This document shows positions 29,301 to 40,100 of a DNA stretch of 64,000 nt, in pieces (position 1 is the stretch's first letter; each line of letters opens with the position of its first letter). Origin of the DNA: Spirochaetia bacterium (GTDB taxonomy: Bacteria > Spirochaetota > Spirochaetia > CADAEX01); assembly GCA_963662795.1 (NCBI GenBank), contig OY759746.1, positions 992,001 to 1,056,000 on the forward strand, written 5' to 3'. The position numbers and the translations under genes are program-made. The notes beneath the pieces were generated by a model that did not search any database, was not told the origin of the DNA, and saw nothing but the letters and a program-made list of their open reading frames with translations.

Positions 29301-30388
29301 CCGGCTGCCTGCCTGTTTTTATGAATATTACCGCCTCCGGTTTTCCTTAAAGCTGATCCGATATTATAGCTTAATACCCTGTTTACCGACATGATACGTT
29401 CAGTCAGGGAATCAAGACCGGTTTCCCCCTCTTCCTCAAGGCATACTTTACCGGGATATAAAAGATAATGCTTTTTAACATCCTCAGGCGTGATATTGAT
29501 CATGAGAACATTTGCCCCGGCCTTAAGCATTTTCTCCCTTCCCTCAGGGTCAATGCTGCCGGCCGCGGTTGTAGCCGGAATATGGGCTGACGGAACAAGG
29601 AGCCTCAAAAGAGCGGTTGCCCTTATGCAAAGTTCAAAAGGCATCTGCTTACTCAGGCCGAGCGGCGTGTCCTTATGCGGAATAAAAGGGCCGATGCCTA
29701 TCATATCGAGTTCAAGCATCCTGCATAATCTTGCGTTGCGTATTCTTGTTTCTTCTGTTTCTCCGGGAAGCCCTGTCATGTAACCCGATCCGATTTCAAA
29801 ATCAAGCGACTTTAAATCAAGGATCGCTTCTATCCTTCTTTGAAGGGTAATGCCGTTCCTGATTTTTTTATGAAGAAGAGGGTCGGAAGTTTCAAAACGG
29901 ATCAGATACCTGTCAGCCCCGGCCTCGCGGAAAGCTTTGTAATCCTCTCTGCTCCTGATTCCTTCACTTAAAGTGATTGCGGCCTCGCCCCCTGTAGAGT
30001 TTTTTATGGTTCTTACTATACGGCATATCATCTCTGTTGTATAAAAAGGGTCTTCCCCTCCCTGAAACACAAAAGTCCTGAATCCTTTTTTAAATCCGGC
30101 CAGAGCTGTTTCCACAATACTGCTTTCCGGCATTCTGTACCGCACGGCTTTTTCGTTACTGTGCCTTATTCCGCAGTAAAGGCAGTCCCTCCCGCAGTAA
30201 TTCGTAAATTCAACAAGTCCCCGCAGAAAAACAATATTCCCGTGAATATCATTACAGACAGATGCGGATTTATCACACAGTTCCTTTGTGTCTGTATTCA
30301 AATAGTATTCCATTATTTCCGCAGTTTTTCTGTCAGGCTCTTTATATAAATCCCCAATGATTTTTTCAGATAATTCTTTATTACCCAT
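29297..30388 (-). CDS. hydE: [FeFe]-hydrogenase maturation radical SAM protein HydE
   Basis: LRGLVEFTNYCGRDCLYCGIR, QGGED, RYLIRFETSD, GIGPFIPHKDTP, PATTA, YLLYPGK; same operon as hydF. Confidence 0.92.
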   Translation of the reverse strand: MGNKELSEKIIGDLYKEPDRKTAEIMEYYLNTDTKELCDKSASVCNDIHGNIVFLRGLVEFTNYCGRDCLYCGIRHSNEKAVRYRMPESSIVETALAGFKKGFRTFVFQGGEDPFYTTEMICRIVRTIKNSTGGEAAITLSEGIRSREDYKAFREAGADRYLIRFETSDPLLHKKIRNGITLQRRIEAILDLKSLDFEIGSGYMTGLPGETEETRIRNARLCRMLELDMIGIGPFIPHKDTPLGLSKQMPFELCIRATALLRLLVPSAHIPATTAAGSIDPEGREKMLKAGANVLMINITPEDVKKHYLLYPGKVCLEEEGETGLDSLTERIMSVNRVLSYNIGSALRKTGGGNIHKNRQAAG

Positions 30389-30415
30389 TAATTGACTCCT
30401 GCATCAGGTTTTTTA

Positions 30416-31048
30416 TCAGATTTTAAAGGTATTCCAGAGCGTTGCGTGAGTGACCCCGGTCGGGTCAAACCTCAGCAGGCGGAAAGTAAGCTGAATACAT
30501 AAACCGATAGCAAGTCCCGAAATTACTGTTCCCGCTCCTGCCATCCCGCCGAGCAGCCAGCCTATTATAACGGCAGTCATTTCGATGCTTCCCCTGCAGA
30601 AACCGACAGGCAGCCCGGTTTTCCGGGTTAAGGCGACCATCAGGCTGTCGCGCGGTCCTGCGCCAAACCCGGAACCTATGTAAAAATATGAGGCAACCGA
30701 GATAACAAACAGCCCTGTTAAAAGAAGGGCAAGTCCCGGCAGCCAGCCGCTCATTACCGGTATAAGGGTGAGATTCATTAAAAAATCCAGGAAAAGGCCT
30801 ATCAGAACCATGTTAAGAAGTGTTCCGAGTCCGATCTTCTCGCCCATAATTACAGTTATAACAATAAGGACAGCGCCGACAATTATACTGGCGGTTCCTA
30901 TTGTCATTCCGAATGTCCTGCTGAGTCCCGCGTGAAAAACATCCCATGGCGCATACCCGATATTGGCTTTCATTGTAAAGACTATACCCAGAGAATATAA
31001 AAATAATCCCGCAAAAAGTTTAACGAGGCGTATGAAAAAGCTGATCAT
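30416..31048 (-). CDS. YczE/YitT-family membrane protein
   Basis: GYAPWDVFHAGL, GLGTLLN, GAGPRDSLM, GAGTVI internal duplication. Confidence 0.88.
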   Translation of the reverse strand: MISFFIRLVKLFAGLFLYSLGIVFTMKANIGYAPWDVFHAGLSRTFGMTIGTASIIVGAVLIVITVIMGEKIGLGTLLNMVLIGLFLDFLMNLTLIPVMSGWLPGLALLLTGLFVISVASYFYIGSGFGAGPRDSLMVALTRKTGLPVGFCRGSIEMTAVIIGWLLGGMAGAGTVISGLAIGLCIQLTFRLLRFDPTGVTHATLWNTFKI

Positions 31049-31533
31049 GCATTCTCCGTGGTTATTTTATTAATAAAATTATATGTAAACATTATAGAAT
31101 CACCTGTCAACTTTTCACACAGATGAGGGGGGTCGTCTTCATTAAAACCTCCGGGCCTCAGATCGTAGCATGAAAGCGACGAAAATTCAGCCTTGTATTT
31201 ATCCGCAAAATCATAACAGATATCAGATATTTCGCTGTCTGTTTTACCGGCCGCGTTCAGATAGACAGCGATAAACATAAGGCTGCCTTCCACAAGTCCG
31301 CACTGCGCCCTGTAGCCGCCGGCTCCGTGCATCCCTATACCTGCGGCGAGGAGTTGTTCCTCAAGCCTGAAATTCATACACTTTGAAAGTGTCATCATCA
31401 TTGTCCGGGCACAGTTTATATCATGCTTCCAGTAAAGCTCTTTCACTTCTTTTGCTATAAATAATTTAACATTGTCCGGTCCCGTCACACTGCGGGCGAT
31501 ACTGCCATGCATATCTGCTTTCCTTTTTACCAC
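31045..31533 (-). CDS. C-GCAxxG-C-C family putative redox protein
   Basis: NCAR, GAGG...QCGLVEG, LSCYDL, HLCEKL cysteine pattern. Confidence 0.85.
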   Translation of the reverse strand: MVKRKADMHGSIARSVTGPDNVKLFIAKEVKELYWKHDINCARTMMMTLSKCMNFRLEEQLLAAGIGMHGAGGYRAQCGLVEGSLMFIAVYLNAAGKTDSEISDICYDFADKYKAEFSSLSCYDLRPGGFNEDDPPHLCEKLTGDSIMFTYNFINKITTENA

Positions 31534-32060
31534 ATTTCATGATGCAGAAAATCATCGAGATTTTTTCTGGACCTGCGCTCAGGTGTCTCAGCAGGATACC
31601 CTATAGTCAGGATACAGACAACATACTTATCATCAGGGATATTTAAAACAGGCCTTATATCTTTCTGTTCAAGCCATGCAACCCAGCATGTTCCGAGTCC
31701 CTTATCAGAGGCGTTTAAGACTATATGCTCTACTGCTATCGCAGTATCCCTGATTACCTTCTTAAGATCAACGTCAGGGCTGTTTTCAAGGGCTTTATAG
31801 TCTTTATCATTTATACGCACCGCAGCATCTGCTATGCACACCAGGAAGACCGGCGCAGTCAGCATCCAGGACTGATTGTGGGAAACACCGGCAAGTTCTT
31901 CCTTTTTTTTACTATCCTTAACCACAATAAAATGCCAGGGCTGGGTATTGTTTCCCGACGGCGCAAGCCTTGCGCTTTCAAGAAGCTCTTTTAAAACATC
32001 AGCGCTGATATCATCAGGCAGATACTTTCTTATGCTTCTTCTTTTTTCAATACACCTCAT
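31527..32060 (-). CDS. Nitroreductase family protein
   Basis: RRSIRKY, APSGNNTQPWHFIVV, GLGTCWV, IGYP. Confidence 0.93.
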   Translation of the reverse strand: MRCIEKRRSIRKYLPDDISADVLKELLESARLAPSGNNTQPWHFIVVKDSKKKEELAGVSHNQSWMLTAPVFLVCIADAAVRINDKDYKALENSPDVDLKKVIRDTAIAVEHIVLNASDKGLGTCWVAWLEQKDIRPVLNIPDDKYVVCILTIGYPAETPERRSRKNLDDFLHHEMW

Positions 32061-32093
32061 TTCCTCTCCCCCTTTTTTATCAGGCTGCCTATA

Positions 32094-32963
32094 TCAATAT
32101 TTTTCACAAAGATCCAGATAATACAACCCTTCTTCTTCCCTGCCTCTCTTTCTGCATCCTGCGGCATATATCCAGCACTTCTGCCTGAAAACCTCTGCGG
32201 CCGCTTCCTCCCTTACATGGGTAAAAAACCCGCTGTCAAGCAGCCCTTTCAGGGCTTTAATCCTGAATATCTCTATCTGCCCGTATTTTTCTGAAAGCTG
32301 ATCCCAGTCCCCCGCCCTTTTTATGGTTAAAGGTTCATCAATAAAGGACACATTGTTTTCCGCTGTTACCCTGAGCCAGAGCTCGTAATCCTCCGCCACT
32401 TCAAGGTCTTCCCTGAATCCCCCGTACCTGTCAAAGAGTGATTTTCTCATCATCACGGTCGAAGGGCCGATTATGCATTTCCAGAGGGAATCATCAAAAA
32501 TATCACCCTCCCTTTTGTGCTTCTGGGATGACTGCGATACTGTCTTCCCGCTCCTCACCCATTTTTCCCTCGTATGGCAGATTACACTATTATCATTGAA
32601 GTAATCGCCCCCGGTCTCAGTCTTCCCGGCAAGAAAGTTTAGCTGTTTTTCAAGCTTGTTCGGCATCCAGATGTCATCAGAGTCAAGAAATGCAATATAT
32701 TCGCCTTCCGCCTTTTCACCCCCCCTGTTTCTCACAAACCCGGGCATGCCGGAATGCGCATCAAGCCGTATGAACTTAAGAGGGACATCAGCAATCCCCG
32801 GGATTCCAAGGACAGCGGAGCGAAGGTCTTCAGAAGAGCAGTCATCGGCAATTATCAGTTCAAAATCCTTAAAGCTCTGCCTCACTACAGATGAAACAGC
32901 TTCCCTGAGCAGGGATGACCGGTTATAAACCGGGATAATTACCGAAACTGAAGGTTTTTTCAT
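32094..32963 (-). CDS. Glycosyltransferase family 2
   Basis: VSVIIPVYNR, IIADDCS, RNRG, AFLDSDD, EDYELWLR. Confidence 0.93.
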   Translation of the reverse strand: MKKPSVSVIIPVYNRSSLLREAVSSVVRQSFKDFELIIADDCSSEDLRSAVLGIPGIADVPLKFIRLDAHSGMPGFVRNRGGEKAEGEYIAFLDSDDIWMPNKLEKQLNFLAGKTETGGDYFNDNSVICHTREKWVRSGKTVSQSSQKHKREGDIFDDSLWKCIIGPSTVMMRKSLFDRYGGFREDLEVAEDYELWLRVTAENNVSFIDEPLTIKRAGDWDQLSEKYGQIEIFRIKALKGLLDSGFFTHVREEAAAEVFRQKCWIYAAGCRKRGREEEGLYYLDLCEKY

Positions 32964-33037
32964 ATAAATCCGATAATATCATACAGGCAAAAAAATAGAC
33001 AACCGGCGATAAAGATAATATATTATAGTAAGAAGAT

Positions 33038-34171
33038 ATGAGAATACGCAAATACTTCACGATTAAGAATATATTGCTCATTATACTTGCATCTGCAGCA
33101 TTTTCCGGATGTTCTCAGGTGGCCGACCTTTCAGAGTACCAGGGGATAAATTACGTAGAGTCACTGGTATTTGATCCTGCAATTGAGGTTAACTGGGACA
33201 GGGATACCACAGACACATATCTTGTTTTTACTGCGGTAGTTCCGTCAACGACTTCAGGGCTTCCGGCAGGTACAAGCGATTATTCAAGACTTGAAGTGCT
33301 CAATCTCATGCCGGACGGAGGGTTTGAAAACGGAATCGGGGACTGGACGCCTGTCCTCAGCGGCGGATCTGCCAATGTCGTCGCCGGAGATACAGAGACA
33401 ATACATTCCGGAGATAACAGCCTTAAGTATGATCTTGGAGCTGAGGAACGGGTAGATTTTGATCTTGATAATCTTAATGGAGGAATAACAGATAATGCAA
33501 ATTATCTGATCAGATTTAAATTCAATATGAGCGGGGCAAATCTCACTGCAGTTTTTGAATATAATGATGGGGCAAACGCTTATGACGGGGGTATATGGAC
33601 CCCTAAAACAGACACTGCCTGGACAGGGAACGGATATACCGAGTTCAGAACTTCGGCAGGAGAAGAAAGCATTATAACAGCAAAAACAGGTGCTCCAGGT
33701 AATGATATTTTTTCAATTGGAAGTATTAATGATCTTGGTGACTCACAAGAGGGGCATATCGATGATGTCCGGATTGTAAGAACAGATATCTCCCTATGCC
33801 TGCGTGCTGTAGTTCCGTATGAAGCACAAGACAGACCTGACCTTGTATCAGGAAATTATAAATTCAGTATTTATGTCAAAAAGGAAGATGCTGCAGATAT
33901 CAACCCTTCAACAGCTGATACACCTGATTCTGAAAACAGATTCCCTTCACAGGAAATAACTCTATGTATCAACAGTAATCCTACTGTGATTGACGTCTCT
34001 GCAGTAACTGATTCTGCCTGGGAAAAGGTTTCAGCCGAACTCTTTATACAAATCGACAAGGATGAATCAATCCAGCTGTCAGTTTCACCCATCAATATAA
34101 CCAGTCCTTACCTTAAGGATGCAGGGAGCATATTGATTGCCTCCCCGGCTCTTTATTTCATATCCGACTGA
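33038..34171 (+). CDS. Hypothetical lipoprotein with a possible CBM-like beta-sandwich
   Basis: AFSGC lipobox; NLMPDGGFENG...IDDVRIV resembles the ends of CBM4/9-like jelly-roll domains; acidic composition. Confidence 0.7.
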   Translation: MRIRKYFTIKNILLIILASAAFSGCSQVADLSEYQGINYVESLVFDPAIEVNWDRDTTDTYLVFTAVVPSTTSGLPAGTSDYSRLEVLNLMPDGGFENGIGDWTPVLSGGSANVVAGDTETIHSGDNSLKYDLGAEERVDFDLDNLNGGITDNANYLIRFKFNMSGANLTAVFEYNDGANAYDGGIWTPKTDTAWTGNGYTEFRTSAGEESIITAKTGAPGNDIFSIGSINDLGDSQEGHIDDVRIVRTDISLCLRAVVPYEAQDRPDLVSGNYKFSIYVKKEDAADINPSTADTPDSENRFPSQEITLCINSNPTVIDVSAVTDSAWEKVSAELFIQIDKDESIQLSVSPINITSPYLKDAGSILIASPALYFISD

Positions 34172-34173
34172 GA

Positions 34174-37100
34174 CTATTTTACTACCAATACCTTTCTGTA
34201 TTCACTGATACCGGGACCGACAACCCTTATAAAATAGATACCCCTGGCGACAACCCTGCCGCCGCTGTTTTTTCCGTCCCAGGTAAAACTGTAGGATCCT
34301 GCCGGCTGTGTCCCTTTATAAAGGGTTTTTACTACATCTCCCGAAAGGCTGAAGATGTTTATTGTCACCCCCCCCCTTTTTTTCAGATCATAACTCAATA
34401 CTGTTTTCTCCCCTTTGAGAGGATTGATTACGTTGTTGAGAATTGTAACGCCGCTTCTCTGTTCTTTGACACCCTCAATCTTTACAGACCATGGGATGAC
34501 TGTTCTGGGGTCATCCGGATTTGCAACTCTTGCGCAAAACAGATCGCCGACACGGAAGATAAAATCCATACGCTTCCCCGCAGTCATCTCGGAATCATTT
34601 TCAGGAATAAGGAAAGTCCTGAGTGTGCCGGAACTGCTGTATGCGGCGCTTCCCCTTGCGGATGTATTACCTGCCGGATTAAATCCCGGAATCAAGGCAG
34701 GCAGCCAGATATCATTCCAGTAGTATGAGGAGGGAACATTTGCGTCATAGAAAATATTAACAGGAAATCCTGCCGCATTTGAGGCAAGAATGTTTGCTTC
34801 AAGTGTTATGTCACTATCATGCAGTTTCCCTGTTCCGTCAAAATATTTTAATGTTCCTCCAATCTGGATATTTTCTGACTCTATACTATCGTCAGCCCAT
34901 ACAGGCTCAATAATACCAATACCGATATCTGTTATGCGGTGTGCCTCAGCAGCATCCATTGGTGTTCCAAGCGCGTCAAATACAGAGGCGCCATCAAACG
35001 GGGTAATTGAAAGAGATATCGCATCATTTGCGGTGATTGCAGAATCAACATTAATAAACGCGGTAAGTGTTCCTATATTGTCAGGCGCCCTCTCAACCCG
35101 GTCCACACCGCTAATTGTATAACCTGGAATTGTAAAATCCGCCGCATCTACAGGATCGGTGGTTGCATGAGGAGGATTTATCTGCCCGTAGACATACTCT
35201 GAAAATTTTACAAATATTTTATCGTCCCCGACAATTGACAGTGTATAGGTAAAACCAGGGGGGACCTGTTCGTAACAGTTAATATTTGTTTCGTTATAGA
35301 GCAGATTTCCCGAGAGATCGGTAATAAACCCGACTGAAGAGTCATAGGAAAGTATCAGCTGTGTCAGATAATTAAGAGGCAGTTCGCTGTCATTGAAACT
35401 TATTGAAAAATACATATCATTTTTTACATTTATCTGATACGGAAGTGTAGGTTTAAATAAAGAGTTTTCAACCGCTGTCAAAAATGAAAAACCGCTAGCA
35501 GGCCTTACAGTTGTATTTCCTGTACTGTTGATCGTAAAACCAGTACTGCTGCTTGTAACAGATGTGTCTCTTAACCCTTCCCCTGCTGTCGGGTCCGGAT
35601 GATCTGCTGTTGAATCCCACGTTCCATCGTCTGCTGAATTGTCATGAATATGTATTTCAAGCCTGTCAATAAGGTTATCAGTATCTGTATCTCTAGTGAG
35701 TATTTCGTTATACGGTCCGGTGATTGCTCCCGGGCTATAAGCAGAAATGACAGGCTGATCAACATCCCAGCCTGCGCCTGCTACAGATACAGCTATTTTA
35801 GGATAGGCGCTGCCTGCTGTATGCTCAAGTATATTGCCTGACGCATCTGTAATAAAATTATTCGCAGGAACTGTAACTGCCTTAGCTACAGGATCGGTTA
35901 CTCCCCATAAATAACCTGGATATACCTGATCCGGATCAGCCCCTGTTGAGTAACCTGCAATAAAAATTCTTATCCCGAGTGTTGAATCACTGTTTGCGGC
36001 TCCGCCTGTGTTTGCCCTGTAAAGGGAGTTGACCTCAGGAGTCCCGTCCTTGCTTCCTTTATTCACGGTAGATGCGGCATACGTAAAGAAACCGGTTATA
36101 TCGACATCAGCACCGCTTTGTTCTATGCTCCCGCCGTATTTACCAGAAGCGCTGTCATCAAAGAGCGGCTGGGCTCTCACATTTGAAGCAGTTGCATCAG
36201 CTATTGTAAAACCTGCAGCTGTTCCCAGATTAACAGGCTCTGAATATTTAAGCTGAAAATAATTATGGTAATTATATGCCTGAGCAGTGCCGGCATCACG
36301 GTCTGCAGTTATTGAAACAAGTACGGGAGGGCATTTATCAGTAACAGTAATATAATCTGTTGTATCCAGGCGGTTCTTATACTGGTCCCTCAGTGTCTGA
36401 TAAAGCCCTGCAAAGTGCTTCCGGAAATGGATCTGAGGGATGTTAGTCTGGTGAGTACCGTCCCGGTCAGTACTGGATACATTCCCCAAAGATGCATTCT
36501 GAGCATCAGTGTTCCATGGATTTGTAGTAATTCTGATATAAAATGTATCAATATCGTCTACTGTATCTGTCGAAATTGTACATTCCGCATCAGTATAAGT
36601 ACCGGTAAAAGAAGTTGCATAGGCTGTCAGAAAAATATCTGCGACAGCCGCTGAGATTTCATCGTTTGTATTTTCAATCAGTTCATCAAACTCTACCCTG
36701 ATAACATCATCATAAACTGTATATGTACCTGCTCCCGCAATTGTTGTACGTGTTGTCTTCCATTCCGCGCTGCACCCCGTAGCTGTAACCCCCTCTGCAG
36801 CAGCAATATTACCGATTGTGCCGTCAAGCGGATTAAGTGCCACCTGAGAGTTTGTAACAGTTATTACGCCATATGCCTCGGCAAAAAACGTTATACCGCT
36901 GCTGTTATCCCGTATTTGAAGATTCCAATTCACTGTTGCCGGCATATCTGCACCGTTATTATAAAAATTACCATCTGTCCTTATTGTAGCCCCGTCAAGA
37001 TCTGAAAAAACCGCAGTGTGGGTTACAGTTTCGTCAATAATTGCCAGTACTGAAGCAGAAGCTGCATCTATCGCAGCAGGTCTGGTAAATGCCGGATCCG

Positions 37101-40100
37101 GATCATATTTAAAAACATCTGTAGTCCAGTTTCCCGCACTCCATTCGTTATCAGCCGCATATCCTGCGCCGAATACAGCAAAATCACCTGTAGTCCTGAC
37201 AGTTCGCCCTGCTATATTAAGTGTTCCGGCAAAATGGAAAAAATTCCGGCATAAAAGATCGTTTGTAAGAACTGAAATTGTCCCGCCGCTTTTGTTGACA
37301 GCAATATTATAAAAATCATGATTACCGTCATTGCCGCCTGTTGTAAGACTCTGCGCCCCGCCGCCGTTGAATATTACAACACCTGTTCCTGAGTCAAATA
37401 CAGCGCCCACAGCAGTCTGCCAGTCCCCGCCGCAATTGATTCTTCCGCTCCCTGTCGATAATGTTCCGGCTGAAATTATAACATCCGTAGTTACCGTCAT
37501 TTCAAAATCGTTAAGATCAAAGCCTCCAAGAATATTTGAAAAATATCCCGCCAGGGTAATGTCTGAGCCTGCTGTCGCAGTCCCGCCTGCTTTATTAACG
37601 GTAAGATTTGTCAGTGTTGTATCTGTAAAGTCAACATCCTGCGCTCCGCCACCATTCAGGGTAACAATTACAGTACTTGTAAGTGTTCCTGATGTGTAGA
37701 TTACATCCCCTGCTACGCTTAGCTGATTTGCTCCCATAACAAGATTTCCGGCGGTGCGGGTAAGTGTACCATCCAGGGTAATATCTGCGCCTGCGGTATA
37801 AGCTGTTCCATCAATTTCTACATTGTTAAAATCACTCCCTCCGGCCGTTATGCTCCCTGCCCCGTCAAAGACTACAAGGTTTCCCCCATGCGTAAATGTT
37901 CCGCTGTTGCTCCAGTTCCCTGCCACATTTATCTGATTCCCTGCCGCTAAAAGCGTCCCCGCCGTTATCGTAAGATCTCCGTTTACATCAATGGCGCTTG
38001 CAAGCGTTACACTTACTCCGGCTACCGTGAAATTATTAAAACTGTTTGTTGCAGTAAGAGACGGCGTTGTCCCGTCAAAGATTACCTCTCCTGTCCCTGC
38101 CGTAAATACTGCGGCACTCTCATCCCAGTCCCCGGCCACATTTATCGTCCTGCCAGTCCCGGACAGGGTTGCCGATGCATTTGTAAGTGACACGTTCCCG
38201 TTTACATCTATCGCTCCGGTCCCTGTAAGCGTACCAGCACTCATCGAAAGGTTCCCGCTTAAGGCAAACGCACCGTTCGCCGTCACTGTCCCGGCTCCCG
38301 TAAATGAGGCATTCACCGCGCTTAAGCTGTTCGCAAGGGTTGAACTCCCTCCGCTTACAAGAAAATCACCTGTTATCGCAGTTGTTCCTGTCGGGCTGAA
38401 GGTACCCCCTGAAAGACTTACATCAGCTCCTGCTGTAAGCGCCCCGCTTCCTGTGTAACTACCGTCACTTATCACAAGATCTCCGGGTGTTACTCCAACT
38501 GCCCCGCTTCCTGTGTATGCGCTTGCCGCGTTATTTATCGTAAAATCTCCAGTACTTACAGAAAGGCTTCCTGGATTAGTTACTGTAAGGTCTCCACCCG
38601 AAAGCGTCAGCGTTCCCGCATCAAGGACTCCCGCGCTGTGCGTAAGGCTTCCCCCGCTGATATCAAGCAGTCCTGTTACTGTTACGGCTGCCCCGCTTGT
38701 CCTCGCCCCGGCTGTGATATCTACATTGTTAAAATCACTCCCTCCGGCCGTTATGCTCCCTGCCCCGTCAAAGACTACAAGGTTTCCCCCATGCGTAAAT
38801 GTTCCGCTGTTGCTCCAGTTCCCTGCCACATTTATCTGATTCCCCGATGCCAAAAGCGTCCCCGCCGTTATCGTAAGATCTCCGTTTACATCAATGGCGC
38901 TTGCAAGCGTTACACTTACCCCGGCTACCGTGAAATTATTAAAACTGCTTGTTGCTGTAAGAGACGGCGTTGTCCCGTCAAAGATTACTGTCCCTGTCAC
39001 TGCCGTAAATGCCGCGGCACTCTCATCCCAGTCCCCGGCCACATTTATCGTCCTGCCAGTCCCGGACAGGGTTGCCGATGCATTTGTAAGTGACACGTTC
39101 CCGTTTACATCTATCGCTCCGGTCCCTGTAAGCGTACCAGCACTCATCGAAAGGTTCCCGCTTAAGGCAAACGCACCGTTCGCCGTCACTGTCCCGGCTC
39201 CCGTAAATGAGGCATTTACCGCGCTTAAGCTGTTCGCAAGGGTTGAACTCCCTCCGCTTACAAGAAAATCACCTGTTATCGCAGTTGTTCCTGTCGGGCT
39301 GAAGGTACCCCCTGAAAGACTTACATCAGCTCCTGCTGTAAGCGCCCCGCTTCCTGTGTAACTACCGTCACTTATCACAAGATCTCCGGGTGTTACTCCA
39401 ACTGCCCCGCTTCCTGTGTATGCGCTTGCCGCGTTATTTATCGTAAAATCTCCAGTACTTACAGAAAGGCTTCCCGTGGTATTTACTGTAAGGTTTCCCC
39501 CCGAAAGCGTCAGCGTTCCCGCATCAAGGACTCCGCCGCTGTGCGTAAGGCTTCCCCCGCTGATATCAAGCAGTCCTGTTACTGTTACGGCTGCCCCGCT
39601 TGTCCTCGCCCCGGCTGTGATATCTACATTGTTAAAATCACTCCCTCCGGCCGTTATGCTCCCTGCCCCGTCAAAGACTACAAGGTTTCCCCCATGCGTA
39701 AATGTTCCGCTGTTGCTCCAGTTCCCTGCCACATTTATCTGATTCCCTGCCGCTAAAAACGTCCCCGCCGTTATCGTAAGAGCTCCGTTTACATCAATGG
39801 CGCTTGCAAGCGTTACACTTACCCCGGCTACCGTGAAATTATTAAAACTGTTTGTTGCAGTAAGAGACGGCGTTGTCCCGTCAAAGATTACTGTCCCTGT
39901 CACTGCCGTAAATACTGCGGCACTCTCATCCCAGTCCCCGGCCACATTTATCGTCCTTCCATCCCCGGACAAATTTGCTGCTGCATTTGTAAGTGACACG
40001 TTCCCGTTTACATCTATCGCTCCGGTCCCTGTAAGGGTACCGTTACTCATCGAAAGGTTTCCGCTTAAGTTAAACGCACCGTTCGCCGTCACTGTCCCGG

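Noticed and set aside
29297-30388. BioB or PylB instead of HydE
   Set aside because: YxLYPGK tail, RFETSD motif and operon with hydF favour HydE; no pyl or bio genes nearby.
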